Source of the DNA: Phycisphaerales bacterium
GTDB taxonomy: Bacteria > Planctomycetota > Phycisphaerae > WQYP01
Direction of reading: 5' to 3'
DNA length: 52,457 bases
NCBI GenBank assembly: GCA_027451365.1
Contig: DAIDJN010000064.1
Location: 1-52,457, forward strand
The notes beneath the pieces are model-generated. The model saw only the letters and a program-made list of their open reading frames with translations. It was not told the origin of the DNA and did no database searches. A program made the translations under genes and the position numbers. This document shows positions 19,342 to 28,965 of this stretch, in pieces. How positions within the stretch are numbered: the stretch's first letter is position 1; each line of letters begins with the position of its first letter.

Positions 19342-20468
19342 GAGAGTATCTCCGCCAGACGGTTTTTTATCAGGTCATCCATGCGGCGCGCCACCGCAAG
19401 ATACTGGTCATAACCGGCACCAATCGGGTCGGCGATATCAGCATCCGGGTCGAGTGTGAAAGTTTTTGCGCCCGCGTCGGGCAGCATCGCCAGAACATCG
19501 GCCCGATGGCCAGACGTCATCGTGTAAATCAGGTCCGCGCGGCGCAACATGTCCACTGTAACCGATCGCGACCGATGGCGGGAAATATCCGCGCCAAAAA
19601 TTCCGGCGGCCTTCACGGCGTCGGGCGTCGCCGGCGCGCCAGGACCGGCATACAAACCGGCCGATTCCACCACAATATGCCGCAGCGGAAGATCCGCCGG
19701 TTGGGTGCCAAGCTTTTTGGCCATACGCACCGCCGCAATGCCCGCGGCCATAGGCGAGCGACAGGTATTGCCACTGCACAGAAAAAGCACAACCTGGTCG
19801 GTCATGCGTTCAATAATACGTCTGGCCAGCATGCCTTCGCGCAGAAATGTCATTTGATCATCCCGCACGCGCACCAGTGTGGAAGCCTTGCGATACCGTG
19901 TCGGGCCTGTGTCAACCACCAGCGGTATGACGCTGCGGATATTTTCCGGTATGTCTGCGGCTTCTTGAATCGCGCGGGCATTGCCCGCGCCGATCATGAC
20001 CACCGGATGACTCACGGACGCCAGCACCGCCAGCGTGGAAGGGTTCTGCGGGCAGCGAAAGGTCATAAAGCCATTGGTGATACATTCCGCGGCGGCTTGC
20101 GCCCCGACCACCTCGGTCAGTCTTTGGACATCTGCCGGGCTGGCGGGCAATTCAATTGCCAGCGGGCCGGGCCAGAGCTTTTTCATCAGGCGTTGGGCAA
20201 TGGCCGGCACGTCGGCCACTATTCGCTTCACCGCCGTGCTATCCGCAACATGAATAACCCAGTTGGGCGGACCGCTGATTTGTTTTAGCGTCTTAAGCTG
20301 CGCAATTGCCGCCGGTGCCGACAGCATCGCGGCCAGCGCGTAGACTGTCTCGGTGGGCAGGCCAACGATGCGGCCCTCCCGCAGATGTTCGCACGCCTGA
20401 AGAATCAGCCGTTCAGTTGCTGTAGCCATCTGTGGGGTTGTGGAATCCATGGGCATTGAATCATCCAT
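19338..20468 (-). CDS. Sua5/TsaC-like domain fused to YwlE-type low-molecular-weight protein (arginine) phosphatase
   Basis: N-terminal PTETVY and WPGPL; C-terminal CSGNTCRSPMA and DIADPIG. Overlaps rpiB by 4 bp, echoing the Bacillus ywlC/ywlE/ywlF neighbourhood. Confidence 0.88.
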   Translation of the reverse strand: MDDSMPMDSTTPQMATATERLILQACEHLREGRIVGLPTETVYALAAMLSAPAAIAQLKTLKQISGPPNWVIHVADSTAVKRIVADVPAIAQRLMKKLWPGPLAIELPASPADVQRLTEVVGAQAAAECITNGFMTFRCPQNPSTLAVLASVSHPVVMIGAGNARAIQEAADIPENIRSVIPLVVDTGPTRYRKASTLVRVRDDQMTFLREGMLARRIIERMTDQVVLFLCSGNTCRSPMAAGIAAVRMAKKLGTQPADLPLRHIVVESAGLYAGPGAPATPDAVKAAGIFGADISRHRSRSVTVDMLRRADLIYTMTSGHRADVLAMLPDAGAKTFTLDPDADIADPIGAGYDQYLAVARRMDDLIKNRLAEILS

Positions 20469-20692
20469 TGTCGGCAAAACCGGCGTTTACCGATTTTGAT
20501 TTTTACATAAGTCCGCCGAATCAAGGCGGACCATTCATCGCGGCCTGAAATTCCGCTGCGGCCCGGGCCGCAATTTCGAGCCGCGAAAAAGGATTATAGC
20601 AACTCACGTGCCCCGACCGGAGATTGCCCGAAAAATGGTTCTTGCAGTCCCAGTGGTCTTCCGTGGACGCAGTTCTCGGCACCGTACGGGTA

Positions 20693-21520
20693 TTATTTTT
20701 TCTCCGGATAAAAGGTGTTATAAAAAAGCGCATAATTGTTGCGCACCATCGCGCTTAGGTCCCGCCCCAGCACATCCTGGAAGTCCGGGGTAAGCGGTTC
20801 CACCTTCTGCCGGATGCGATGATCGCCATAAATTGTGTGCAACTGGTCGTTTTCCTGGGTGGCCTGTTCCACGTGGTCAAAATTATGTTCAAACCATGGT
20901 TCGCCCAGGTAGTCATAGACCTTTTTCATGGTGTCGCGCGGATTGGTCGTCAGGTCCTCAAACCGGACGATGTGCAATTGTTTAACCACCCCGGTCTGAA
21001 TTGCCTCAATCAGGCGGCCAATGGCAATACCCACGGGCGGTCCGTTTAACCAGCGCATCACACGATTGTTAATGGTAATCATGTTCAGCGTGCCGGTCAC
21101 TTCTTCCGGGTCGGATCGGTCGCGATTCTTGCGGAACAGCTTTTCCATCGAAGAAAGTATGGCCCGCAGATCCCGGATGCAGACCACAAATTTCGGATTG
21201 GGATAAAACTGCTTCACCCAGTCATAATAATGGAACCAGCTTCGGCATTTATCAATGCAGACGGGTTTATCTGTGACGCCGTCATAAAATCCGTGGAAGC
21301 CATATTTGCAGTAGTTGATAAATCCCTTCTGCATCAGGTCGGCATCCTGAGCTTTGAATTCGGCAAGTTCCGTGTAATATTTGCGGCTCGCCAGCATCAG
21401 GTCTATCACCGCGCTGGTCGGCGTGCAGTAAAACCGCGGATTTTGCGCCAGAATATTCTGCATCAGCGTAGAGCCGGACCGGGGAAGCGATGCATTAAAG
21501 TAAATTTTCTTGTCGAACAT
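20693..21520 (-). CDS. Sulfotransferase family protein
   Basis: 5'-PSB motif LPRSGSTL, IRD...SS and VRFEDL. Confidence 0.88.
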   Translation of the reverse strand: MFDKKIYFNASLPRSGSTLMQNILAQNPRFYCTPTSAVIDLMLASRKYYTELAEFKAQDADLMQKGFINYCKYGFHGFYDGVTDKPVCIDKCRSWFHYYDWVKQFYPNPKFVVCIRDLRAILSSMEKLFRKNRDRSDPEEVTGTLNMITINNRVMRWLNGPPVGIAIGRLIEAIQTGVVKQLHIVRFEDLTTNPRDTMKKVYDYLGEPWFEHNFDHVEQATQENDQLHTIYGDHRIRQKVEPLTPDFQDVLGRDLSAMVRNNYALFYNTFYPEKK

Positions 21521-21920
21521 GCCGAAAGCCTTTCTTAGAGCAAAAAGAACAGACCATTGGGTTATCGGCCAGATTATACTGAATCGTGCAGTATTGGAAA
21601 CTATCAGGGGAAATCCGCCGGCCTGCCTGGCGGATCCGCTCGCGGGTTACCGCCCAATATGTCATGGCCGCCGCGCCTCACCAGTTGGCGGCCGGACGTG
21701 AAATCTCCGGAAAAGGCGTTGTGCCTGAAACCCGTCAGGCGCGGCGTCGCGTTAGCCATTGATTGTCATCGTGGCAGGCGCTGCGTTGCATGCTCGCCGC
21801 GTCTCCGGCGGGAGCGCCTGAACTCCTAGGGCCGCGGCTTTCCGCCGCGCCATTCGCGATTCGCACACTGCCGTCGATCCGCGCTAGACCCCTGGCGGCC
21901 ACGGGCGTTAAAATGCATGC

Positions 21921-23177
21921 ATGACCGACGTTACCAAGCCATCTTTGTATGCCAGTGCCACGGGTGTGGTGCGAAAATTGCAAGAAGGCGGTTATACAGC
22001 CTATTTTGCTGGCGGGTCGGTGCGCGATCAACTCCTGGGGCGCACCGTCAAGGATTATGATATTGCCACCTCGGCCCATCCCGAACAGGTTGTAAGATTG
22101 TTCCCGAAAAGTCGGCGGGTTGGCGCGGCTTTTGGTGTTATCCTTGTTTATTCGGGCGGCCATGCAATGGAAGTCGCCACTTTTCGGACCGATGGCGTCT
22201 ATTCCGATGGTCGGCGACCCGCCGAGGTGAAATTCAGCACCGCCGAACAGGATGCTCTGCGGCGGGACTTTTCCTGCAACGGGCTGTTTTTTAATCCGAT
22301 CAACGGCGACATTCTGGATTTTGTCGGTGGACGACGCGACATTGCGGAAAAACTGCTTCGCGCCATCGGCGATCCGATGGAACGCTTTGCCGAAGACCAC
22401 TTGCGTATGCTGCGCGCCGTGCGCTTTGCCGCCCGGCTGGATTTTCACATTCACCCGGACACCTGGAATGCAATGTGCAGTCTGGCCCCAAAATTACAAC
22501 AGATCAGCCGCGAAAGAATCGGTCAGGAAATGCGATTTATGCTTACCCACCCCACCCGCGGCCAGGCGGTTGAGATGCTGAAGGCAAGCGGCCTGATGGA
22601 TCAGGTCCTGCCGGATGTGCGTCCACTGAATGCGGGCGCGGCTAATCACATAGAGAAGTGTTTATATGTATGTAAAATGCCGCCGACCGCGGGCGTTGCG
22701 GCATGTCTGGCGGCGCTGCTTTTTGAACTTGGCCCGGCGCGGGAAGTGTCGCCGGGGCTGGCCGACAATCTGCAGAAAGCCCTTGTATTAAGCGGTCAGG
22801 AACGGGCGGACCTTGCGTGGCTTCTGGAAAAGCTGCCGGTCTTGCGAAACTGGCGCAATTTACGCGTCGCCGCAATCAAACGGTTAATGGCCGATGCGCG
22901 ATTTTCTGAACTGGCGGCTTTGTATCAGGCGACCTTGCCTTCCGCGTTGCCGGATATTGAACTGCAGTCAAGACTCGAAGCACTGGCCAGGGATCCGATT
23001 GGCCCGCCGCCGCTGGTCACCGGCAATGACCTGCTGAAAATCGGCGCACCGGCGGGACCCCAATTTCGCCACTGGCTGGATGAATTGTATGACCGGCAAC
23101 TGGAAAACAATTTTCCCGATCAGGCCAGTGCTCTGGCGGCGGCCAAACAGATGATCAGTTCCGCGCTGCCCAAATAG
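21921..23177 (+). CDS. cca: CCA tRNA nucleotidyltransferase / poly(A) polymerase family
   Basis: Motifs GGSVRD...DYDIAT, EVATFR, RRDF and EDHLRMLRAVRF. Confidence 0.9.
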   Translation: MTDVTKPSLYASATGVVRKLQEGGYTAYFAGGSVRDQLLGRTVKDYDIATSAHPEQVVRLFPKSRRVGAAFGVILVYSGGHAMEVATFRTDGVYSDGRRPAEVKFSTAEQDALRRDFSCNGLFFNPINGDILDFVGGRRDIAEKLLRAIGDPMERFAEDHLRMLRAVRFAARLDFHIHPDTWNAMCSLAPKLQQISRERIGQEMRFMLTHPTRGQAVEMLKASGLMDQVLPDVRPLNAGAANHIEKCLYVCKMPPTAGVAACLAALLFELGPAREVSPGLADNLQKALVLSGQERADLAWLLEKLPVLRNWRNLRVAAIKRLMADARFSELAALYQATLPSALPDIELQSRLEALARDPIGPPPLVTGNDLLKIGAPAGPQFRHWLDELYDRQLENNFPDQASALAAAKQMISSALPK

Positions 23178-23285
23178 AATGAAATTGCAGCGGCTGTATG
23201 CCCTTTTTCCGTCAGAATCTGCGGAAAAACGATCGGCCATGCCGGTTGCATTGCATTTAATCCCCTGCGGAGCGACAATTTTGCC

Positions 23286-24422
23286 ATGGACTTAAGCGAT
23301 TTCATATCTCGCCGTCAGGCCCGGTGGCAACAGCTTGCAACACTGCTGGACCGTGAATCGGACAAGAACTCCGCAAAACTGACAGGAGCCGAAATTGAAG
23401 AGCTTTTCGCGATGTATCGCCTGACATCAAGCGATTTAAGCCTGCTTCAGACGCGTGGGGGCAGCCCCGCCCTGACCGATTATCTTGAGGCGCTTGTCGC
23501 GCGGGCGTATCAACAGATTACGGTCCCACGCGGCGGAGGATTTTTCCGCGGCTGGTGGCGCATTATCCGCCACGATTTTCCCCTGACCGTTCGTCGCCAG
23601 TGGCCGCTGGTGCTGACCGCAACGCTGATAATGGCCGCGGGCATTCTGGCCAGTTACGTCCTTACGCTTGCACATCCGTCGGCCGCACTTAGTTTTGTGC
23701 CGTACGAATTTTTCCGGCAAAGCCCGGCGGCAAATGTGGCACATCGGGTAAAAGAACAGGCGTCCGGGCATTTTGAATTCAGTGCGGCCAAAAATTTTGC
23801 TTTTTCAGCATTTCTTTTTACGCATAATATTCTGGCGGGCATTCTGTCTTTCGCCTTGGGAATGACCTTTGGAATTGGGACCGTGGTTTTCCAGTTTTTT
23901 AACGGCTGCGATGTCGGGTCGCTGGCGGCAAGGTATCAGGCGGACAATGTGTTCACTTACTTTATCGCCTGGGTGGGGCCGCACGGCGCGTTGGAATTGC
24001 CCGCTCTGACTTTTTCGTCCACGGCCGGCCTGGTGCTGGCTCAAGCCCAATGGACCCGTGGCGGTCGCCACGGAAGTGTGCTTCGGGCCATTCAGGCGCA
24101 GCGGCTGGATATCGTGAATCTGCTGGTGGGGTCGGCGACACTTTTTATTTGTGCCGGTTGCATTGAAGGCGGGTTCAGCCAGTTGGCGGCGCCGGTTATT
24201 CCGTATGGCCTGAAGATTGCCGTGGCGGCGGCTATTTTTGGTGTGCTACTATGCTATCTGTTTCTCATGCCCGCCCGGGTGATTACGCCGGCAAGCCCGC
24301 GGCTGGCTTTTTCCAGACCGGTTCAAAACAAAGATCGGCCGGGGCGCGCGGCCGCGCCTGATGCGATTGAGCCTGCGAAGAAATGGTGGCGGCGGCTGAG
24401 CCGAAAACCCGCCACGGCTTGA
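23286..24422 (+). CDS. Stage II sporulation protein M (SpoIIM/DUF95) family membrane protein
   Basis: Motifs YR..SSDL, FTHNI, PHGALE and IEG; multiple TM helices. Confidence 0.85.
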   Translation: MDLSDFISRRQARWQQLATLLDRESDKNSAKLTGAEIEELFAMYRLTSSDLSLLQTRGGSPALTDYLEALVARAYQQITVPRGGGFFRGWWRIIRHDFPLTVRRQWPLVLTATLIMAAGILASYVLTLAHPSAALSFVPYEFFRQSPAANVAHRVKEQASGHFEFSAAKNFAFSAFLFTHNILAGILSFALGMTFGIGTVVFQFFNGCDVGSLAARYQADNVFTYFIAWVGPHGALELPALTFSSTAGLVLAQAQWTRGGRHGSVLRAIQAQRLDIVNLLVGSATLFICAGCIEGGFSQLAAPVIPYGLKIAVAAAIFGVLLCYLFLMPARVITPASPRLAFSRPVQNKDRPGRAAAPDAIEPAKKWWRRLSRKPATA

Positions 24423-24510
24423 TACCGGAAGAATCAATCGCAGGCCTGGAATGACGGACAAAATTCAGGTACCGGCCCGCCTGCTTTGTAGACTTACAAA
24501 AGGAAGACGT

Positions 24511-24909
24511 ATGACTACCCACCCGTCAAACCGACCCGCGGACCGCAATTCATCCGGCGGCAAAGGCGAAATTCAGATTAATCCGGAATGGGAAATTCAT
24601 CCCCAGGATGTGCGGCGCATGTTTGATGATCGCGCAGAATTTCTACTGCTGGATGTCCGTCTGGAAAAAGAAGTTCAGACCGCCCGAATTAACGGTTCAG
24701 ACTGGGTTCCTTTACATGAACTTCCGGGCGCTTTGGCCAAACTTGAACAGTGGCGCGGGAAACAAATTGTGGTGCACTGTCACCATGGCGCACGCTCGCT
24801 GCGGGCCACCGCGTGGCTGCGGGAACAGGGCTTTGCGCGGACGCATTCAATGGCCGGGGGCATTCACGCGTGGAGCCTTTTAATCGACGCCGCAGTGCCA
24901 CAGTATTAA
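24511..24909 (+). CDS. Rhodanese-like domain protein
   Basis: Motifs LLDVR, CHHGARS and GGIHAWS; SD-like AGGAAG before ATG 24511. Confidence 0.9.
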   Translation: MTTHPSNRPADRNSSGGKGEIQINPEWEIHPQDVRRMFDDRAEFLLLDVRLEKEVQTARINGSDWVPLHELPGALAKLEQWRGKQIVVHCHHGARSLRATAWLREQGFARTHSMAGGIHAWSLLIDAAVPQY

Positions 24910-24946
24910 AAAAGTCTCCCCTTACCAACGCGGCTTAAACCGCGGG

Positions 24947-25462
24947 CTATAGAACGTCCGCAAATGGCCTGGCAATTTGCCGGAACGCGGCCGTGGGCAG
25001 ATGAACCGTTCCCCAGGATTCAGAGCGGGCCCGCATGTGCGTACGGTAATCCGCCACGGTAACCACCATCATGCCGTACCAGCGGTCCTGAAAACCAAAC
25101 AACTCGCGAAACGGGGATTTGTCCGGATCATGTGGCCAGTGATACATAAATAGAAACATGGCGGTAAAGCCGCTGCCAAAAATGTCCTGCCATTGACGCA
25201 GATCGTCAATATCCTCGCGTGTGGCCCAGTTGGGGAGCGACGGATTGGCGGTCAGCCGCTTGCCGCAGGCCCGCCCTTTGACGTCCACCAGCAGATTATT
25301 CCCTTTGGGGCGGTAGACAACAAAATCAAAACTCTTAAGTTTGGCCCCGGAAAAGAGCGCCCGTTTGGCTTCATCCACCGCAATGTAAGGCAGGCCATTG
25401 CGACGCAGGAAATCTTCAAAGGCGGCCTCGTAATGACTGCTTCTTTTGGATCGTGGCCCCAT
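24947..25462 (-). CDS. HYExAFE family protein (PD-(D/E)xK-like)
   Basis: Motifs HYEAAFE, KSFDFVV and LLVDVKGR. Confidence 0.85.
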   Translation of the reverse strand: MGPRSKRSSHYEAAFEDFLRRNGLPYIAVDEAKRALFSGAKLKSFDFVVYRPKGNNLLVDVKGRACGKRLTANPSLPNWATREDIDDLRQWQDIFGSGFTAMFLFMYHWPHDPDKSPFRELFGFQDRWYGMMVVTVADYRTHMRARSESWGTVHLPTAAFRQIARPFADVL

Positions 25463-25487
25463 CCATCACCTTCCTTTCCCGAAACCG

Positions 25488-26879
25488 TCAGCCGCCGGTC
25501 TGGACGGCGGATGCATCCGTCAAGCGGGGGGACTGAATCATGCGGCGAATCTCGTCGGCAACGCGGTCAAGCGGAACCTCTGTTTCGCTGCGGCGCACCA
25601 GATCTTTTAATTTAACGGTGTTGCGGTCGGCTTCCTGGGGGGCCAAAATAACAGCGACTGCGGCTCCGGAAGCGGCGGCGTCCTGAAGCAATTTTCCAAT
25701 GTTGCGCGTGGCACGGTAACTGGTCTGTACCCCAAGGCCATAATGCACAATTTCGGTATGGTCCCCGTTCCAATGCGATCTTCGCAGTTGGGCCATCAGC
25801 CGGTCGGCCGTCTGCGGGGTTTCCAGTGTGTTAATCACGAAGACATCCGCCTTGGGCAGAAGATGCGCCGGAATAAGGCCGCGGTCGCGCAACAGAATTT
25901 CCAGAACCACATCACCCATGCCGAATCCGACCGCGGGCATGGCTGGCCCGCCGAAGGTTTCCACAAGGCGGTCATAACGACCGCCGCCTGCCAAGGCGCG
26001 ATTTTCGCCGTGAGCGTCGGATACTTCAAAAACAAAACCGGTGTAATAGGCCAAGCCGCGGACAATACTGATATCAAAGCGGCAGATGTCGCCGAGTCCC
26101 ATGGCCTCCAGGCGGGCCTGAAACTGGCCGATGGCGGCGGTAATATCCGCGGGCCACGCGCTCATTAATTTGGCCAGCGCCGGTGAACCATGCCCCTCTT
26201 TTATGGCGTGGCTGATTAATTCGAAATTTTCCACTTCAATGGAGGGGCATCCGCGTTGTTCATACATGGCCCGCCGGCCATGCGCATCAAGTTTTTGCAG
26301 ACGATCGAGAATGTAATAGGCGTCCGGCAATCGCGGTTCGGCAACAAAAGTCGCCTGCAAGGCCCGTGTGAGAAGTTCGCGATGGTTCCAGCCGATGCGG
26401 AAATCCGCCGCGGAAAGCCCCAGTTCGAACAGCGCGTCGGCACATAATCCGAGGCATTCGCCATCCGCCCGGTCGCCCGCTTCGCCCACGAAGTCCACAT
26501 TCCATTGCATAAATTCCCGCAGGCGTCCTTTCTGCGGTTGTTCCGCGCGGTAGCAGCGCGGTATCGAGAACCATTTGATGGGCCGGGGCAAACCCGCGGC
26601 GCGCTGCGCGATCATGCGGGCAAGTGTGGGAGTAAATTCCGGCCGCAGGGCCAGGTCGCGTTCCCCGCGATCGGTAAAGGAAAAAAGCTGGGATACAATT
26701 TCGTCGCCGCTTTTGACCTTGTATAGATCAAGTGATTCAAAGGTGGGGCCATCCACTTCCAGAAAGCCGTGGCGCACGGAAACACGGCGCCATGCATCTT
26801 CAATATGCCGGCGAACCGCCATTTCCTGGGGATAAAAGTCGCGGGTGCCTTTCGGTGCTTGAAACGATGGTGTTGTCAT
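25488..26879 (-). CDS. hisS: Histidyl-tRNA synthetase
   Basis: Motifs PKGTRDF, LRPEFT, GRLREF, RGLAYYTG and GGGRYD. Start moved to ATG 26879, which has a promoter directly upstream. Confidence 0.97.
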   Translation of the reverse strand: MTTPSFQAPKGTRDFYPQEMAVRRHIEDAWRRVSVRHGFLEVDGPTFESLDLYKVKSGDEIVSQLFSFTDRGERDLALRPEFTPTLARMIAQRAAGLPRPIKWFSIPRCYRAEQPQKGRLREFMQWNVDFVGEAGDRADGECLGLCADALFELGLSAADFRIGWNHRELLTRALQATFVAEPRLPDAYYILDRLQKLDAHGRRAMYEQRGCPSIEVENFELISHAIKEGHGSPALAKLMSAWPADITAAIGQFQARLEAMGLGDICRFDISIVRGLAYYTGFVFEVSDAHGENRALAGGGRYDRLVETFGGPAMPAVGFGMGDVVLEILLRDRGLIPAHLLPKADVFVINTLETPQTADRLMAQLRRSHWNGDHTEIVHYGLGVQTSYRATRNIGKLLQDAAASGAAVAVILAPQEADRNTVKLKDLVRRSETEVPLDRVADEIRRMIQSPRLTDASAVQTGG

Positions 26880-27086
26880 GGGGAAAAGTGTACGCGATAA
26901 CGGCAATTTCTTGAAGGACTCGAAGGCGAACCGTTAAACCGTCGCCAAAGGCATGGGTCCTGCCTGATCCGCCAAGCTGAAGCGCTCCGCGGATTTCCCC
27001 AGCGGCGGTGACGCTGCCAAAAAGCGCACGGCTTTCAGTTTTCACAGGATTTTTCATGATTCGGCCCTATCCGTATAATGCCATCT

Positions 27087-27728
27087 ATGGTGAAAAGAAA
27101 AGCGGATTCGGTTGCCGGAAATTTTCCGGTTCAAGGGCTGGCGATCAGGCTTGTTTCAAAGCCGGAAGCGATATTGAAGCTGTTGACCACCGCAATGAAT
27201 TCCCCGCCGCTGCTTGCGGCGATGGGCACGTGCGATTCGTCCGGCAAAAGCCGGGTGCGAATGGTGGTGATTCGAAAAGTGGATAAAGCGGGCCCGGCCG
27301 TTTACGCATGTACCGACATTCAGAGCAAAAAAATAAAAGACATTCAACGATTGGCACTGGGCGAATTGTGTTTCTGGCTTCCGAAATACCGCGTTCAGAT
27401 TCGCCTGCTGGTTCGCTGGACGGTTTTGAATATGTCAGCCACCGAGTACGGAAACAAAAAGAATCGTCATTTACTTGAGGAACTATGGGCGGGGCTTAGC
27501 GCTGCTTCCCGGCGGCTGTTTGACAGTGGACGGCCAGAATTGATTGATCAGACTCAAAGCGGTTGCAAGCTGGAACTCAACGCCAGTGCGACGCCGCCGA
27601 TGAAATTTGCGGTTTTAGCCGGACAAATCCTTGAGATCGACGCTCTGGCGATTGTGGAACCCGAGCATATTCGTTTTTCGCACCGGAAGACCGGTAAAAA
27701 CTGGAAGACCGCACGAACGCCCCTGTAA
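27087..27728 (+). CDS. Pyridoxamine 5'-phosphate oxidase-like FMN-binding protein
   Basis: Motifs RVRMVVIR, TDIQSKK and ELCFW...QIR; TATAAT 7 nt upstream of ATG 27087. Confidence 0.75.
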   Translation: MVKRKADSVAGNFPVQGLAIRLVSKPEAILKLLTTAMNSPPLLAAMGTCDSSGKSRVRMVVIRKVDKAGPAVYACTDIQSKKIKDIQRLALGELCFWLPKYRVQIRLLVRWTVLNMSATEYGNKKNRHLLEELWAGLSAASRRLFDSGRPELIDQTQSGCKLELNASATPPMKFAVLAGQILEIDALAIVEPEHIRFSHRKTGKNWKTARTPL

Positions 27729-27761
27729 GCGGCAGGCGGATATTGGGCGGAATTTTTTGCG

Positions 27762-28688
27762 TCAAAGAATACCATTGCGACGGATGTATTCCATATAGGG
27801 TTGCAGGCCTTTTCCAGGGCATTCGGTGGCAACCAATTCCTGATGCGTGTAGCAGTGGTAAATGGGAATCTGGTAAAGCCGCCGCAGCAAAAGACCCATT
27901 TGCACAATGCGCCGTTTCTGCTGCGCGGTGGGGCTTTGAACCATGAAGTTGCCCAATGACACCACGCCGATGTTATGAGCGTTCCAGACGTAACGTCCAT
28001 GGTAGGGTTGCGTGGCGCTGTTCCTGTACTGACGATACTGATCCAGCCAGCGCGGCGGGGCAAAACCATCGCGCACGTGTTCGCCACGGTATTTGAGTTC
28101 GCGCAATTGCCATACGCGACCAGCGCGGTCAATGCCAAAATGATAGCCAATATCTTCAAAGCCATCACGGCGCTGACTCTCGCGGATCAGTTCCCAGTAA
28201 CGGGCCGAACCGGCGTAGGAGTCGTCATAAACCGGTTTCGGATCACCGGTGTGATGAAAGGTAATCAGTCGCACGCCCGCCATTGGCTGAATGGTACGCA
28301 TGTTCGGGCCGGCCAGCGCCCAGGCTGAGCGCTGAATAATCGGAATTGAACCCACCTCTACCACCGGACTGGCCTTGCGCTGTACCGGTGGGTGGTAGGG
28401 CGGCATAACAAAATTCGCCGGGGGAGCATATCCGGTATCCGGCCGGTTCCAGGCGGTGGAGACATCCGCTGGCAGAAAACCACGCGGCAGATTGGAAATG
28501 CTGCTGGAGGCATTGGATTGATCAGACGCACACCCGGCCAAGCCCAGAAGCGCAGCGGCCGAACCTGCAGCAAGAAATCCGCGGCGGGAAAGCGATGCCA
28601 ATTTCGAGGAATTCTTTGATGAATCTGGAACACTGTTTGGCGAGCCGGTGCGGGAGTCGGTTTGCGGAAAAATGTCTTGGGGACTCAT
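27762..28688 (-). CDS. N-acetylmuramoyl-L-alanine amidase (Amidase_2/PGRP-like), Tat lipoprotein
   Basis: Tat motif SRRGFL with lipobox LAGC; motifs FHHT, DIGYHF, NIGV and HQE...TECPG. Confidence 0.88.
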   Translation of the reverse strand: MSPQDIFPQTDSRTGSPNSVPDSSKNSSKLASLSRRGFLAAGSAAALLGLAGCASDQSNASSSISNLPRGFLPADVSTAWNRPDTGYAPPANFVMPPYHPPVQRKASPVVEVGSIPIIQRSAWALAGPNMRTIQPMAGVRLITFHHTGDPKPVYDDSYAGSARYWELIRESQRRDGFEDIGYHFGIDRAGRVWQLRELKYRGEHVRDGFAPPRWLDQYRQYRNSATQPYHGRYVWNAHNIGVVSLGNFMVQSPTAQQKRRIVQMGLLLRRLYQIPIYHCYTHQELVATECPGKGLQPYMEYIRRNGIL

Positions 28689-28965
28689 GAAAGCTCCTTG
28701 CTTTTGGCGATTGACCATTTTTTGCTGGCAAAAGCCTGTGGAAAAATGCCCGCAATTCGGGAGTTCTGCGGGCGAATCGTTCGCGGGCCACAGCTTCACA
28801 CGTCATCCATGATGCGTTCCGCGATGTCTAAAGCCTAACAACCCGGTGCATCGGATTCAAGTTTGGCGGCAGATTTTTGTCGCCGAAGGCCTTTCCCGTC
28901 CATTAATACGTTGAAAGCGGCACGCGGGTTTTCAAAAATACCACCTTTTTTATTTCCCCGGCAAA

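Noticed and set aside
26915..27010. Hairpins upstream of hisS as a T-box or SRP RNA
   Set aside because: No T-box or SRP consensus, and hisS seems to have a promoter immediately at its start codon.
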